Shown: piece after piece, positions 16,822 through 26,031 of the stretch
Layout of the letters: every line of letters begins with the position of its first letter
Position numbering within the stretch: the stretch's first letter is position 1
Origin: Candidatus Kuenenbacteria bacterium CG08_land_8_20_14_0_20_37_23
GTDB lineage: Bacteria; Patescibacteriota; Patescibacteriia; UBA2196; GWA2-42-15
NCBI GenBank assembly: GCA_002778965.1
Contig: PEXX01000036.1
Span: 1-37,895, forward strand
DNA: 37,895 bases
Direction of reading: 5' to 3'
Translations under genes and position numbers: made by a program
The notes under the pieces: model-generated
Databases searched by the model: none
Told to the model about the DNA's origin: nothing
Seen by the model: the letters and a program-made list of their open reading frames with translations, nothing else

Positions 16822-17400
16822 ATGCAAAACTGCTTTGAAAAATTCAATCAAAAAATCAACCATAAAAATAATATCATCTATATTTTTATTGACGCCTCTA
16901 ACCTATGGGAAGCGCAAAAAGCCAAGGGTAGATTTCTAGATTATGAAAAAACCCTGAAATTTATCAGGGATAATTTCACTTATTACAGCGCTTACCCGGC
17001 CGAGGGAACAAGGAATTATAATCTCGACGGCCGACATAAATTTTTTACTTTTCTCAACAAAAGCCTGGGATTTGAAGTGCGCAAAAAAGAACTCAAAAGA
17101 ATTACCGTGGTAGATGAGCATGGCGAGAGTATTAAAGAAAAAGGAGATATGGATGTTTGGATTACTCTCGACGCGGTCCATCATCTAAACAAATATCACA
17201 CCGCCATTCTATTTACGGGCGACTCGGATTTTCTCCCTCTGATCAACTACCTAAAAAATAACGGTAAAAAAGTTTTTATATTTTCTTCTCAAAATAATAT
17301 CTCCGAAGAATTGCGAACTGGCGGCGACGGCTATGCTGATGTCCTGAAAATACCCCGCATCTGGGGCCGAGCGTTAAAGTACAGGGAAGAAAAGCAATAA
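16822..17400 (+). CDS. NYN-domain (LabA-like, PIN-related) putative ribonuclease
   Basis: IFIDASNLW at the N-terminus, then GDMDVWITLDAV and ILFTGDSDFLPLINYLKNNGKKV, the conserved acidic motifs of NYN/PF01936-type proteins. Confidence 0.8.
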   Translation: MQNCFEKFNQKINHKNNIIYIFIDASNLWEAQKAKGRFLDYEKTLKFIRDNFTYYSAYPAEGTRNYNLDGRHKFFTFLNKSLGFEVRKKELKRITVVDEHGESIKEKGDMDVWITLDAVHHLNKYHTAILFTGDSDFLPLINYLKNNGKKVFIFSSQNNISEELRTGGDGYADVLKIPRIWGRALKYREEKQ

Positions 17401-17428
17401 AAAAAACTACCCTCCGCGAGGAGAGTAG
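17399..17428 (-). terminator. Minus-strand intrinsic terminator
   Basis: On the minus strand: CTACTCTCC-TCGC-GGAGGGTAG followed by eight T. The only imperfect pair is G-U on the minus strand (C-A on the plus strand). Confidence 0.6.
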
Positions 17429-17593
17429 CTCCTGGATGTAATACCCTTTTAGTTCCATGGCAGAACCAAAAGACATTATTATAATATCCTCTTCTGCCAA
17501 AAAAGTCAAATTTTTATCCACAGCTTACTGATTTTAATATCATTTTGACGTAAAATTATTAGGCCATCAAGCTCCTTATAATCTTTCCTTTAA

Positions 17594-17626
17594 CCAGTCT
17601 AATTCTTTCTAGCAGGCGGTTTTTAT
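17594..17626 (+). repeat. Direct repeat copy B (core-like CCAGTCTA plus ATTCTTTCTAGCAGGCGGTTTTTAT)
   Basis: Matches the U6-core-plus-terminator segment at 16727-16781, with the intervening 26 nt absent and a 3-nt insertion. Confidence 0.65.
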
Positions 17627-17650
17627 ATTCACCGATCAATAATTCTTAAT

Positions 17651-18622
17651 TTACTTGCCCAATGAATGAAAACTCCGGTGAATATCTTTCAGCCTCTTAT
17701 TAGTCACATGAGTATAAACTTGCGTCGTGGTAATAGACGAGTGGCCGAGCATCTCCTGAATGGCGCGCAAATCAGCCCCTTGGGAAAGCAGATCGGTGGC
17801 GTAAGAATGGCGGATCGTATGCGGCGAAGTAAATAGCGGCAGGCCGGATAATTTCACATATTTTTTTATAATTCTTTCCACCGAGCGCGCTGTCAGGCGC
17901 GCGTTTTCTTGATCCAATTCTTTGTCGTTAACATTGGGACTCATGTTGATAAATAGGGGAGCATAGTTATCATGGCGCGCCTCAAGATATTTTTTGAGCC
18001 ATTCCATCGCCCGCTCCGAAATATAAACCGTTCTGATTTTTTTCCCTTTACCAATAATTGATAATTCCATATCCTTATTTTTAAGGTTTAGCTGTTCAAT
18101 ATTAAGCGACGTTAACTCTGATACCCGCAGTCCGGTAGAAAATAATACTTCCATCAGCGCCCGGTCACGTAAACCCGCGGCTGTTTTTATATCCGGCATC
18201 TCCAAAAGTCTTTCTACCTGTTCCAAGGTCAGAAATTTTATCTTATTATCAGCCTTGGCATCTTTCGGTAAATTAATTTTTTTAGCCGGCAAGCATTTGA
18301 TATCGCGATCAGTAAAGTAGTTGAGTAGCGCGCGCAAAGCGATCAGATAATAATTTTGCGTTGTTTTTTTTAGCAGGTCCCCGGTACTAGATGACCTGGC
18401 CCGGGATAAAAAAATCTTGTAGGCCCAAATATCGTCTGCGGTTAATTCAGCCGGCCTCAAATCATCCTTGGCCTTGCTATGCAAAAATTCCAAAAATTTA
18501 TTCAGGAACATGCGATAATTCTCCTGGGTTTTATTAGATAAACCCTTTTCCACCTCGCAATATTCCAAAAAATCAGTTATGCGCGCCTTAATAGATTTAG
18601 CGGTTGATTGTTGCATAAACAT
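17651..18622 (-). CDS. Tyrosine site-specific recombinase, XerC/XerD family
   Basis: N-terminal SAM-like core-binding domain. Catalytic residue contexts GLRVSEL (R), HTIRHSYAT (HxxR), GHSS (H) and VYTHV (Y). Confidence 0.9.
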   Translation of the reverse strand: MFMQQSTAKSIKARITDFLEYCEVEKGLSNKTQENYRMFLNKFLEFLHSKAKDDLRPAELTADDIWAYKIFLSRARSSSTGDLLKKTTQNYYLIALRALLNYFTDRDIKCLPAKKINLPKDAKADNKIKFLTLEQVERLLEMPDIKTAAGLRDRALMEVLFSTGLRVSELTSLNIEQLNLKNKDMELSIIGKGKKIRTVYISERAMEWLKKYLEARHDNYAPLFINMSPNVNDKELDQENARLTARSVERIIKKYVKLSGLPLFTSPHTIRHSYATDLLSQGADLRAIQEMLGHSSITTTQVYTHVTNKRLKDIHRSFHSLGK

Positions 18623-19025
18623 TATATTTTTATATTATTTATTGTTTTATTTTTATCCTGCTAATTTATTAAAATAACACATTTATTCACCCTATTTTAA
18701 CCCATCCCCAGAAAGAACCCCATTATTATAGTCGTTTAACTTATATTATACGACATTAGATTACATTTGCAAAATTAGTTATCCACAATCCCCTTTTAAA
18801 TAAACCTAAAATCACAAATTCTAATTTCTGATGGTTTTGTTTCAAGAAAAATCAAACCGGTATTCTAAAACCACTAGAATCAAAACACTAAAATATTTTA
18901 TTCTGAATTTAAAGAATATCTTAAAATTTTAAATTTACAAATTTTAAATTTTCCCAATTATTTCCATTGATGGTTTATATAAAATCCCCTCTGCCCCATT
19001 TTCTAGCCGATTCCTGTATTTTAAA

Positions 19026-20327
19026 TTAATCATTTTCCAATTTTATATCGGCTCCTATCTCGCGCAAACGTTCTTCTAATTTTTCATAACCCCTATGAAT
19101 AGGATAAACATTTCTCAATATTGATTTTCCGTGAGCGGCAAGCATAGCCACGAGAATTATCGCCGCCGGTCGTAAAGCCGGCGGACAAATCATCTCCGCG
19201 CCTGTCAATTTGGTTTTGCCCTCGACTACCACTCGATGCGGATCCATAAGCGTAATATTCGCACCCAATCTATTTAATTCCGAATAGTAAATCGCTCTAT
19301 TTTCATATGTCCAATCATGAATCAATGTCTTGCCTTGAGTTTGTGTGGCAATCGGCACAAAAAAAGGCAAATTATCCTGATTAATCCCCGGAAAAGGCAT
19401 CGCGTGAATTTTGTCTTCCAGGGCCTTGAGTTTTGACGGCTCAATCAAAATATCCGCCAATTCTGTGTGTTTATTTTTGGCTAAATATTTTTTTATTATT
19501 TTATAACGCAAACCCATTTTTTCCAGTTTCAAAAGCTCCAGTTCCAAAAACTGAATCGGGCATCGGAGGATGGTCACTTTGGAATTAGTAGTTACTGCGA
19601 GCGACAAAAAAAGCATTGCCTCAATCGGATCCTCACTGATTTCATATTTAATATTTTTATTAAATTCCTTTTTGCCGGCCACTTCTATTGTTGCCGCCCC
19701 GGTCCATTTGATTTTAACTCCCAACTTCTCCAAAAAATAACACAGGTCCTGAATCATATAATTAGCGCTGGCCATTTTGATAATACTTTTCCCCGGACAT
19801 TGCGCAGCAGCGAGTAAAGCATTTTCCGTCACCGTATCCCCTGTTTCGTACAATACAACCTGTGCCTTGTGTAATTTTTTAGAATCCACAATATATTTAT
19901 TTTTTTTGGTTTTAATATTCACTCCGAACTTTTCCATAGCAAAAATATGAGGTTTAATAGTCCTTGATCCAATTTTGCATCCGCCAGCTTGAGTTATTGC
20001 GAAATTATTCAAGCGGCCTGCCAATGCGCCAATTGTTAAAATTATGCTTCTTGTCTTCTGCGCTGAAACATTGTTGATATGTGACAAATCAATTCTTTTT
20101 GGCGGATATATTATTATGGTTCTTTTGTAACGTATAATTTTCACTCCGACGCTTTCTAAAACTTCCGCTAATCTGTTAATCTCTTCAATTTGGGGTACAT
20201 TTTTTAATGTTGTCACTCCCCTATTTATTAATGAACCGAAAAGCACTGCGACGCTAGCATTTTTTGAGCCATTAACTATTACCTCTCCTCTCAATTTTTT
20301 AGCGCCGTTAATAATGAATTTAGACAT
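19026..20327 (-). CDS. murA: UDP-N-acetylglucosamine 1-carboxyvinyltransferase
   Basis: MSKFIINGAKKLRGEV..NGSKNA aligns with the MurA N-terminus. Active-site loop GGCKIGSRTIKPH carries the Cys. The track start at 20360 adds 11 non-homologous residues. Confidence 0.92.
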   Translation of the reverse strand: MSKFIINGAKKLRGEVIVNGSKNASVAVLFGSLINRGVTTLKNVPQIEEINRLAEVLESVGVKIIRYKRTIIIYPPKRIDLSHINNVSAQKTRSIILTIGALAGRLNNFAITQAGGCKIGSRTIKPHIFAMEKFGVNIKTKKNKYIVDSKKLHKAQVVLYETGDTVTENALLAAAQCPGKSIIKMASANYMIQDLCYFLEKLGVKIKWTGAATIEVAGKKEFNKNIKYEISEDPIEAMLFLSLAVTTNSKVTILRCPIQFLELELLKLEKMGLRYKIIKKYLAKNKHTELADILIEPSKLKALEDKIHAMPFPGINQDNLPFFVPIATQTQGKTLIHDWTYENRAIYYSELNRLGANITLMDPHRVVVEGKTKLTGAEMICPPALRPAAIILVAMLAAHGKSILRNVYPIHRGYEKLEERLREIGADIKLEND

Positions 20328-20372
20328 AAAAATAAATTTACCAGAGAACAATAATGACAATAATAACTTATT

Positions 20373-20404
20373 ATGTTAATCTGAATTCAGATTAACATTT
20401 TTTT
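20373..20404 (+). promoter_or_regulatory. 26-bp perfect palindrome ATGTTAATCTGAATTCAGATTAACAT followed by a T-run (operator or 5' attenuator)
   Basis: 13+13 perfect inverted repeat at 20373-20398, with T-run 20398-20404. It lies between the divergent murA and PEGA-protein genes, 17 nt before the ATG at 20422. Confidence 0.45.
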
Positions 20405-20421
20405 GTCAATTTATCAATCCA

Positions 20422-21768
20422 ATGACTCTTTTCCACCGCCGCATAATATATATTATATTTTTTATTATTTTTTCTACAGCCGCGCCAATTATTGTTTTTT
20501 ATTCATCGGGCTATAGATATAATTTTAAAAAAAATAATTGGCAGAAAACCGGTCTGATTTTTCTTGAAACAAAACCAAAAGAAGTAAACGTATATTTGAA
20601 TGGAAAAAAAATAGACCAGTACTCGCCTATCCATATAAAAAATCTTCTGCCGAATGAATATACAATCATTCTCACGAAACCGGGCTACGCCCAATGGAAA
20701 AAAAATATCAGCGTCTATGCTGGTGAGTCAACTACCATTCAATATGTCAGGCTTTTCAAAGATAGTCCATTTCCGCGCATGATCGTCAATGGCGATATTA
20801 ACCAAGCTATTTTTAATGAAAATAAAACGAAAATAGCCTATATCAAAAAAAACGAAGCCATAAATAATATCTATGTTCTTAATATAAGCGATAATTCTAG
20901 CCGACACATATATTCAACGAAAGAAGACATAGTAAAATTGGCTTTCGTTAACAACAAACTTGCTGTCTATCTGAAAAATAATATTTTGATTATAGACGCT
21001 CTTGATCCAGCCACATTTTTAAATTTCTCTGAACTTTCAAACGTCTATACAGCCGCAAATATAAAAATCGATCCTAACAATACGAATTATATATATTATT
21101 TAAGAGACGGATATCTGATGGGATTTAATTTGATAACGCGCGTCAATCAAACTTTTGATATTTCTAATACCAGAATAATTGATTATTTTGTAGCATACGG
21201 AAAAATTTATTTTTTGAATAATGAATCTCTGAATAAGATAATGCTCAAAAAAGCCAGTCTTGAAAATGTTGACGAAAAAATAAATATTACGACTTTTGAC
21301 AGCTCAAACGGTTATTCAATCATAGAAATTAAAGATAATCTCATCGTTGTTCAAAATAATACAAAGCAAGATTTAATACTTTTTGACGAAACTAGCGGTC
21401 AAAAAGAAATCATAAAAAATATCACTGATTATGAATTAAGTTCAGATGGCAATAAATTGCTTTTCTATAACACTCTTGGACTTTTGTCGTATGACAGACT
21501 CAAAAACAATGATAAATATACTCTTTTCGCGAGAACTGCTGAACAGATCACGGCTAGCGCCTGGTATTCCGTTGACACACACCTGTTGTATATCATCAAC
21601 GGCACAACGCTCAAAATTACGGAGAATTTATATGCAAATCGTTTGACTTATGACTTGATAAAGCTTGATAATATCAGAAATATTTTAACTGACAAAAAAG
21701 GCGACGAAATATATTTTATCGCTCAAATTGGCAATCAACGTGGGCTTTACAGAATTGAAATAGAGTAG
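20422..21768 (+). CDS. PEGA-domain membrane-anchored protein with a C-terminal beta-rich (propeller-like) region
   Basis: N-terminal TM helix, then a PEGA-like segment (VNVYLNGKKID...YTIILTKPGYAQWKKNISVYAGESTTI). Confidence 0.65.
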   Translation: MTLFHRRIIYIIFFIIFSTAAPIIVFYSSGYRYNFKKNNWQKTGLIFLETKPKEVNVYLNGKKIDQYSPIHIKNLLPNEYTIILTKPGYAQWKKNISVYAGESTTIQYVRLFKDSPFPRMIVNGDINQAIFNENKTKIAYIKKNEAINNIYVLNISDNSSRHIYSTKEDIVKLAFVNNKLAVYLKNNILIIDALDPATFLNFSELSNVYTAANIKIDPNNTNYIYYLRDGYLMGFNLITRVNQTFDISNTRIIDYFVAYGKIYFLNNESLNKIMLKKASLENVDEKINITTFDSSNGYSIIEIKDNLIVVQNNTKQDLILFDETSGQKEIIKNITDYELSSDGNKLLFYNTLGLLSYDRLKNNDKYTLFARTAEQITASAWYSVDTHLLYIINGTTLKITENLYANRLTYDLIKLDNIRNILTDKKGDEIYFIAQIGNQRGLYRIEIE

Positions 21769-21770
21769 TC

Positions 21771-22493
21771 TCATTTCAATTCATTCCGCAATTTTTCTTT
21801 TGCTAAAATCTGCGCTTGTAAAAGGCTCTCAAACGTCCCAGCGTCAATCCATTCTTTTTTAATCTCTGCAATCTGGAGTTCGCCTTTATCCATATACCAT
21901 TTATGCACATCTACTATTTCAGTTTCCGCGCGCGCGCTTGGCTTCAATTTTTTGGCAATCTCAACAACTCTGTTATCATAAATATAAAGTCCTGTAATGC
22001 ACAAATCGCTCTTTGGGTGTATCGGTTTTTCTTCAATTGAAATTGCTTTCATATTTTCATCAACTTCCACAACGGCAAATCTATTTGCGTCCGCGACTTT
22101 TTTGACAAAAATTTTTGCGCCAGATTGAAAATTTTTAATATCTTCGCTAAGATCATCTTCAAAAATATTATCACCCAGAATCATTACTGCGTTTTCCTTG
22201 TCAATAAAATTCCCGCCAATAATAAAAGCTTCGGGCAAACCAGTTGGCTTGTCCTGTATTTCATAAGTAAACCGTGCGCCAAACCGTCTGCCGCTGCCCA
22301 GAAGATTCAGATAATCTCCTGCCCTTTCCGGCGCAACAATAATTAAAATTTCTTTGATATCTGCTTTCAGTAAAGTATTTAAAGGATAATAAATCATCGG
22401 TTTGTTATAAACCGGTAAAAGTTGTTTGCTGGTAACTGTTGTCAGCGGTTTTAGGCGAGTGCCCGAACCGCCTGATAAAATAATTCCTCTCAT
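21771..22493 (-). CDS. Sugar-phosphate nucleotidyltransferase (glucose-1-phosphate thymidylyltransferase-like, short form)
   Basis: MRGIILSGGSGTRLKPLT...SKQLLPVYNKPMIYYPL N-terminus typical of RmlA-like enzymes. Start taken at M5 of the track ORF. Confidence 0.8.
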   Translation of the reverse strand: MRGIILSGGSGTRLKPLTTVTSKQLLPVYNKPMIYYPLNTLLKADIKEILIIVAPERAGDYLNLLGSGRRFGARFTYEIQDKPTGLPEAFIIGGNFIDKENAVMILGDNIFEDDLSEDIKNFQSGAKIFVKKVADANRFAVVEVDENMKAISIEEKPIHPKSDLCITGLYIYDNRVVEIAKKLKPSARAETEIVDVHKWYMDKGELQIAEIKKEWIDAGTFESLLQAQILAKEKLRNELK

Positions 22494-22579
22494 AATTTGA
22501 ACCAAGCGAAAACTGATAAAAAATAAAAAATCATTGAATTTTCGACTTGTATTTATAATATTAAACTATAATTATAATT

Positions 22580-24733
22580 ATGCCAATAGTAAACCCTAAA
22601 AAACGCCGATTTTACTCTTTTTTCATTTTTCTGGTAATATCTCTGCTTTTGAACTTTGTTGGCCCGCAAAACGCCATTTTGGGCCTGATACTCGGCATTT
22701 TATGGTTGATTTGGGCATCAAAAATTATTGGTAACCGCTTTTTTCCCGGTGAACAGCACATTTTGCAATTTACGGCCGGACTCGCCTTTTTATTGATTGT
22801 CATTATTCTTATATCATTACTCTTTTTTTATTTCATCAATTTTCAAACATTATCAATAGTCTCAATCTTTATTATTGTTTCTTCAGTTTGTTTTTTATTT
22901 GATTATTATAAAAAATCGAACTCTAGGGGACTTTTTGCCAGTGCTTTTAAAATATTTTGCATCCTTAAGTGCTTCAGCTTAAAAGGGATGTTCGCTAAAG
23001 TATGTCTTGCCGCAACTTATCTCATTCTTTATCTTATTTCTTTCGCTTATCTTTTCTCCTATTCAACATCCAATAGTTTGCTTTCTCCATGGGAAATTTT
23101 GCCTAAAAAATTTTTCATCATATATTTTTTGCTTAATATAACCCTATTCGCCATAATATTACGCAAAGATAAATCAAACTGCAAAGTACCAAATGCGCGC
23201 TATCCACGACTTGAAATAATATTCCTCTCTTTGCATTTCTTTCTCGCTTGCTCAATAGCAGTAATCATCTATAAAATCGGTTTTGGTTTTGATCCATTTG
23301 TCCATCGTGCCTCTGAAAACGCTCTGGCGAATCTCGGCTATCTTATGCCAAGACCTCTCTATTATATCGGCCAATATGCGTTAGTTGTTTTTTTATCAAA
23401 AATTCTTTTTATAAAAATTATTGCGATTGATAAACTTCTAGTGCCTTTATTGGCCTCTCTGCTACTGCCGGCGAGCGTATTTTACTCAATCAATAAAATA
23501 TTTAAAAACAAAAAATTAATTATCCTTATTACTGCTTGCTGTTTGCCGCTGACAGCTTACTGTTTTTTTTATACTGTCCCGCAATCCTTGGCCAATCTTT
23601 TATTGCTCATTCTAATTCTCATGTCTATTCCATATTTTATTAATAATGGAAAATTGCCCTGCAACCTATGGTTAATAGCTCTTGCCACAATGTTTATCCA
23701 TCCTCTTGCCGGGATACCGGCATTCATTTATCTTGGATTTATTGTTTTATGGTCCAATAATTTTATGGTTTTGCGATTTTATGGTTCAATTATTTTTTCC
23801 TTGCTGGCTGGAATCGCAATACCATTATTTTTCTTTTTTGCCTCTATTATCTCGTCTGATTTTAATATAGTCTTCCAATTATCAAACATCTCAAGCGTCT
23901 TCAATATTTTTGACGCGCCGCGATATCTGCCATTTTACTCAATCTACCACTTAATCTATCTGTACAAATTTAATATAGGGATTTTGCTTATATTGATTTT
24001 CATCGTTGGTTCATATTTTCTATATAAAAAAAATAAAACTAAATTTCTAGCCGCTAATTACTGTTTACTCACAATTTTATTTGCTAATCTGATAATTCTC
24101 TCGCTCATCCAGTTCAATTCAATTATTGATTATGAGCAGCGCGAATTTGCAAAACGTTTGCTTTATGTAATCTTCTTCTTTTCTTTGCCGATTATTTTAT
24201 CAGGTATATATTCTATTTCATTAAAAATTTTACAATTTAAAAAAGGCAATCTGCTTTTGATAATATTAATCTCCGCAATCAATGTAATAACGCTTTATAT
24301 ATCTTATCCGGTCGTGGACGCTTTCGAAAAAAATCGTGGCTATTCGGTTTCACACTATGACATTCAGGCCGTTAATTGGATAAATGAAGATTCTACTGAT
24401 AAAGACTATATAGTCCTCGCAAATCAATCAACTTCCGCCGCCGCTTTGCAGGAATTTGGTTTTAAAAAATATTATAATTCAAAAATTCAAAATTTATTTT
24501 ATTATCCAATCCCAACCTCTTCTCCGCTGTATGACATTTATCTAAAAATGGTTTATGATGAACCAAAATTAAAATATATCAACACAGCCCGCGAACTGAC
24601 TGGTGTTAAAACAGTTTACTTCGTAATCAACGATTATTGGCTGGATTTTAAAAAACGCGTTGAACAGGCCGAGCTAATCGCGAACCGCATAAAAAATATC
24701 AACAATAAAATTTGGGTTTTTAAATTTGAGTAA
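22580..24733 (+). CDS. Large polytopic membrane protein, unknown function (possibly GT-C-like glycosyltransferase)
   Basis: 717 aa with at least 15 hydrophobic segments and a soluble C-terminal domain of about 130 aa. No diagnostic motif recognised. Divergent from the RmlA-like gene. Confidence 0.6.
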   Translation: MPIVNPKKRRFYSFFIFLVISLLLNFVGPQNAILGLILGILWLIWASKIIGNRFFPGEQHILQFTAGLAFLLIVIILISLLFFYFINFQTLSIVSIFIIVSSVCFLFDYYKKSNSRGLFASAFKIFCILKCFSLKGMFAKVCLAATYLILYLISFAYLFSYSTSNSLLSPWEILPKKFFIIYFLLNITLFAIILRKDKSNCKVPNARYPRLEIIFLSLHFFLACSIAVIIYKIGFGFDPFVHRASENALANLGYLMPRPLYYIGQYALVVFLSKILFIKIIAIDKLLVPLLASLLLPASVFYSINKIFKNKKLIILITACCLPLTAYCFFYTVPQSLANLLLLILILMSIPYFINNGKLPCNLWLIALATMFIHPLAGIPAFIYLGFIVLWSNNFMVLRFYGSIIFSLLAGIAIPLFFFFASIISSDFNIVFQLSNISSVFNIFDAPRYLPFYSIYHLIYLYKFNIGILLILIFIVGSYFLYKKNKTKFLAANYCLLTILFANLIILSLIQFNSIIDYEQREFAKRLLYVIFFFSLPIILSGIYSISLKILQFKKGNLLLIILISAINVITLYISYPVVDAFEKNRGYSVSHYDIQAVNWINEDSTDKDYIVLANQSTSAAALQEFGFKKYYNSKIQNLFYYPIPTSSPLYDIYLKMVYDEPKLKYINTARELTGVKTVYFVINDYWLDFKKRVEQAELIANRIKNINNKIWVFKFE

Positions 24734-24757
24734 AATATATAATTCAATTTACCGGAC

Positions 24758-26005
24758 TTACTCATATCTCAAAGCTTCAATAGGATCCAGCCCAGCAGCT
24801 TTTTTTGCCGGATATATACCGAAAAGAAGACCGACAAAAATCATAAACGTAAAAGAAATCATCATGCCCCTGATTGATACCACAAAATCAAGGTCAATTC
24901 CTTGCGCTTGCGCTATTATGGACGCCAACCAAGAAAAAATAATGCCCAAAAGCACACCCACGACCCCGCCAGTAGAAGTTATAAGCACGGCCTCTCCTAA
25001 AAATTGCCATAAAATATCCGAATTTCTCGCTCCAACTGATTTGCGCAAGCCTATCTCATATGTGCGCTCCAATACTGACACATACATAATATTCATAATT
25101 CCAACTCCGCCGACAATGAGGGATATCCCAGCAATGGCCACTAAAAATAAAGTTATTCCATTTAAAATTGTTGAGAGCATATTCATTGCCTCAGCTGAAG
25201 TAATTACGGCAAAATCATCTTTATTTGGATTGGTAATACCATGCGCTTCTCTCATTATTTCCGTTATTTCAACGGCTGTTTGATCGGCTTTTTTCGTATC
25301 AATTATTGAAGCCATAATAAACGATACATGGTCAATTCCCATTATTTTTTTTTGCAATGTCTTCAAAGGCACAATCAGCATGGAATCCATATCAAAAAAA
25401 GTGCCTCCTCCGATTTTTTCGCGCACCCCTACAACTCTGAATTTTGATTGGCCGATCTTAATTTTTTTGCCCAACGCGTCATTAGCGCCGAAAAGATCCT
25501 CCTTGATTGAATGTCCGAGAATTACAACCTGCGCGAGAGAATTATCCTCATCATCAGTAAATTCACGACCATACTCAATATCAGTTTTGTCAATCACGAA
25601 GAATCCGCTTGACGCTCCCCATAACATACAGACTTTATTTTCATCTTCGTAAGACGCGATCTCCTGCCCCATAACCGCTGAATATACTTCGCTTACGTTA
25701 GGATTTTTTTTAATATCCATAGCCTCTTTGTGTTTTAAAGTTGTGATAGTTACTCCCTGCGCCATACTGCCGGCGTTAGCGGTTGACGCTTGTTTGGTTG
25801 ACGGAACCTTAACCTCAATTTCAATATAGTCAGTACCAAAAACTTCAACCTGCTTTTGGATAAAATTTTTAAGTCCCTGCCCAGTGTTGATAATCACAAT
25901 CACTGAAGTAATGCCAATTATAATGCCCAAAACAGATAACAACGTCCTTATCCGTTGCGTTTGAAAAATTTTTATTGATATTTTAATGTTGCGTAAAAAA
26001 GTCAT
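24758..26005 (-). CDS. MacB/FtsX-type ABC transporter permease (paralog 2)
   Basis: N-terminal TM helix, a large extracytoplasmic domain (MacB_PCD-like), and a C-terminal FtsX 3-TM bundle with a RTYEIGLRKSVGA motif. Confidence 0.85.
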   Translation of the reverse strand: MTFLRNIKISIKIFQTQRIRTLLSVLGIIIGITSVIVIINTGQGLKNFIQKQVEVFGTDYIEIEVKVPSTKQASTANAGSMAQGVTITTLKHKEAMDIKKNPNVSEVYSAVMGQEIASYEDENKVCMLWGASSGFFVIDKTDIEYGREFTDDEDNSLAQVVILGHSIKEDLFGANDALGKKIKIGQSKFRVVGVREKIGGGTFFDMDSMLIVPLKTLQKKIMGIDHVSFIMASIIDTKKADQTAVEITEIMREAHGITNPNKDDFAVITSAEAMNMLSTILNGITLFLVAIAGISLIVGGVGIMNIMYVSVLERTYEIGLRKSVGARNSDILWQFLGEAVLITSTGGVVGVLLGIIFSWLASIIAQAQGIDLDFVVSIRGMMISFTFMIFVGLLFGIYPAKKAAGLDPIEALRYE

Positions 26006-26031
26006 GACAAAATTCTTAAATTTAGTTTAAA

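Noticed and set aside
16407-16939. ORFs 16407..16592 (-) and 16658..16939 (+)
   Set aside because: They lie within the GC-rich repeat array, give non-protein-like translations, and overlap the hairpins and the NYN start. They are considered spurious.
17429-17650. dif-like Xer recombination site near the recombinase gene
   Set aside because: I found no 11-6-11 sequence resembling known dif consensus arms (e.g. ...CATAA-6 nt-TTATG...). AT-rich partial matches are not convincing.
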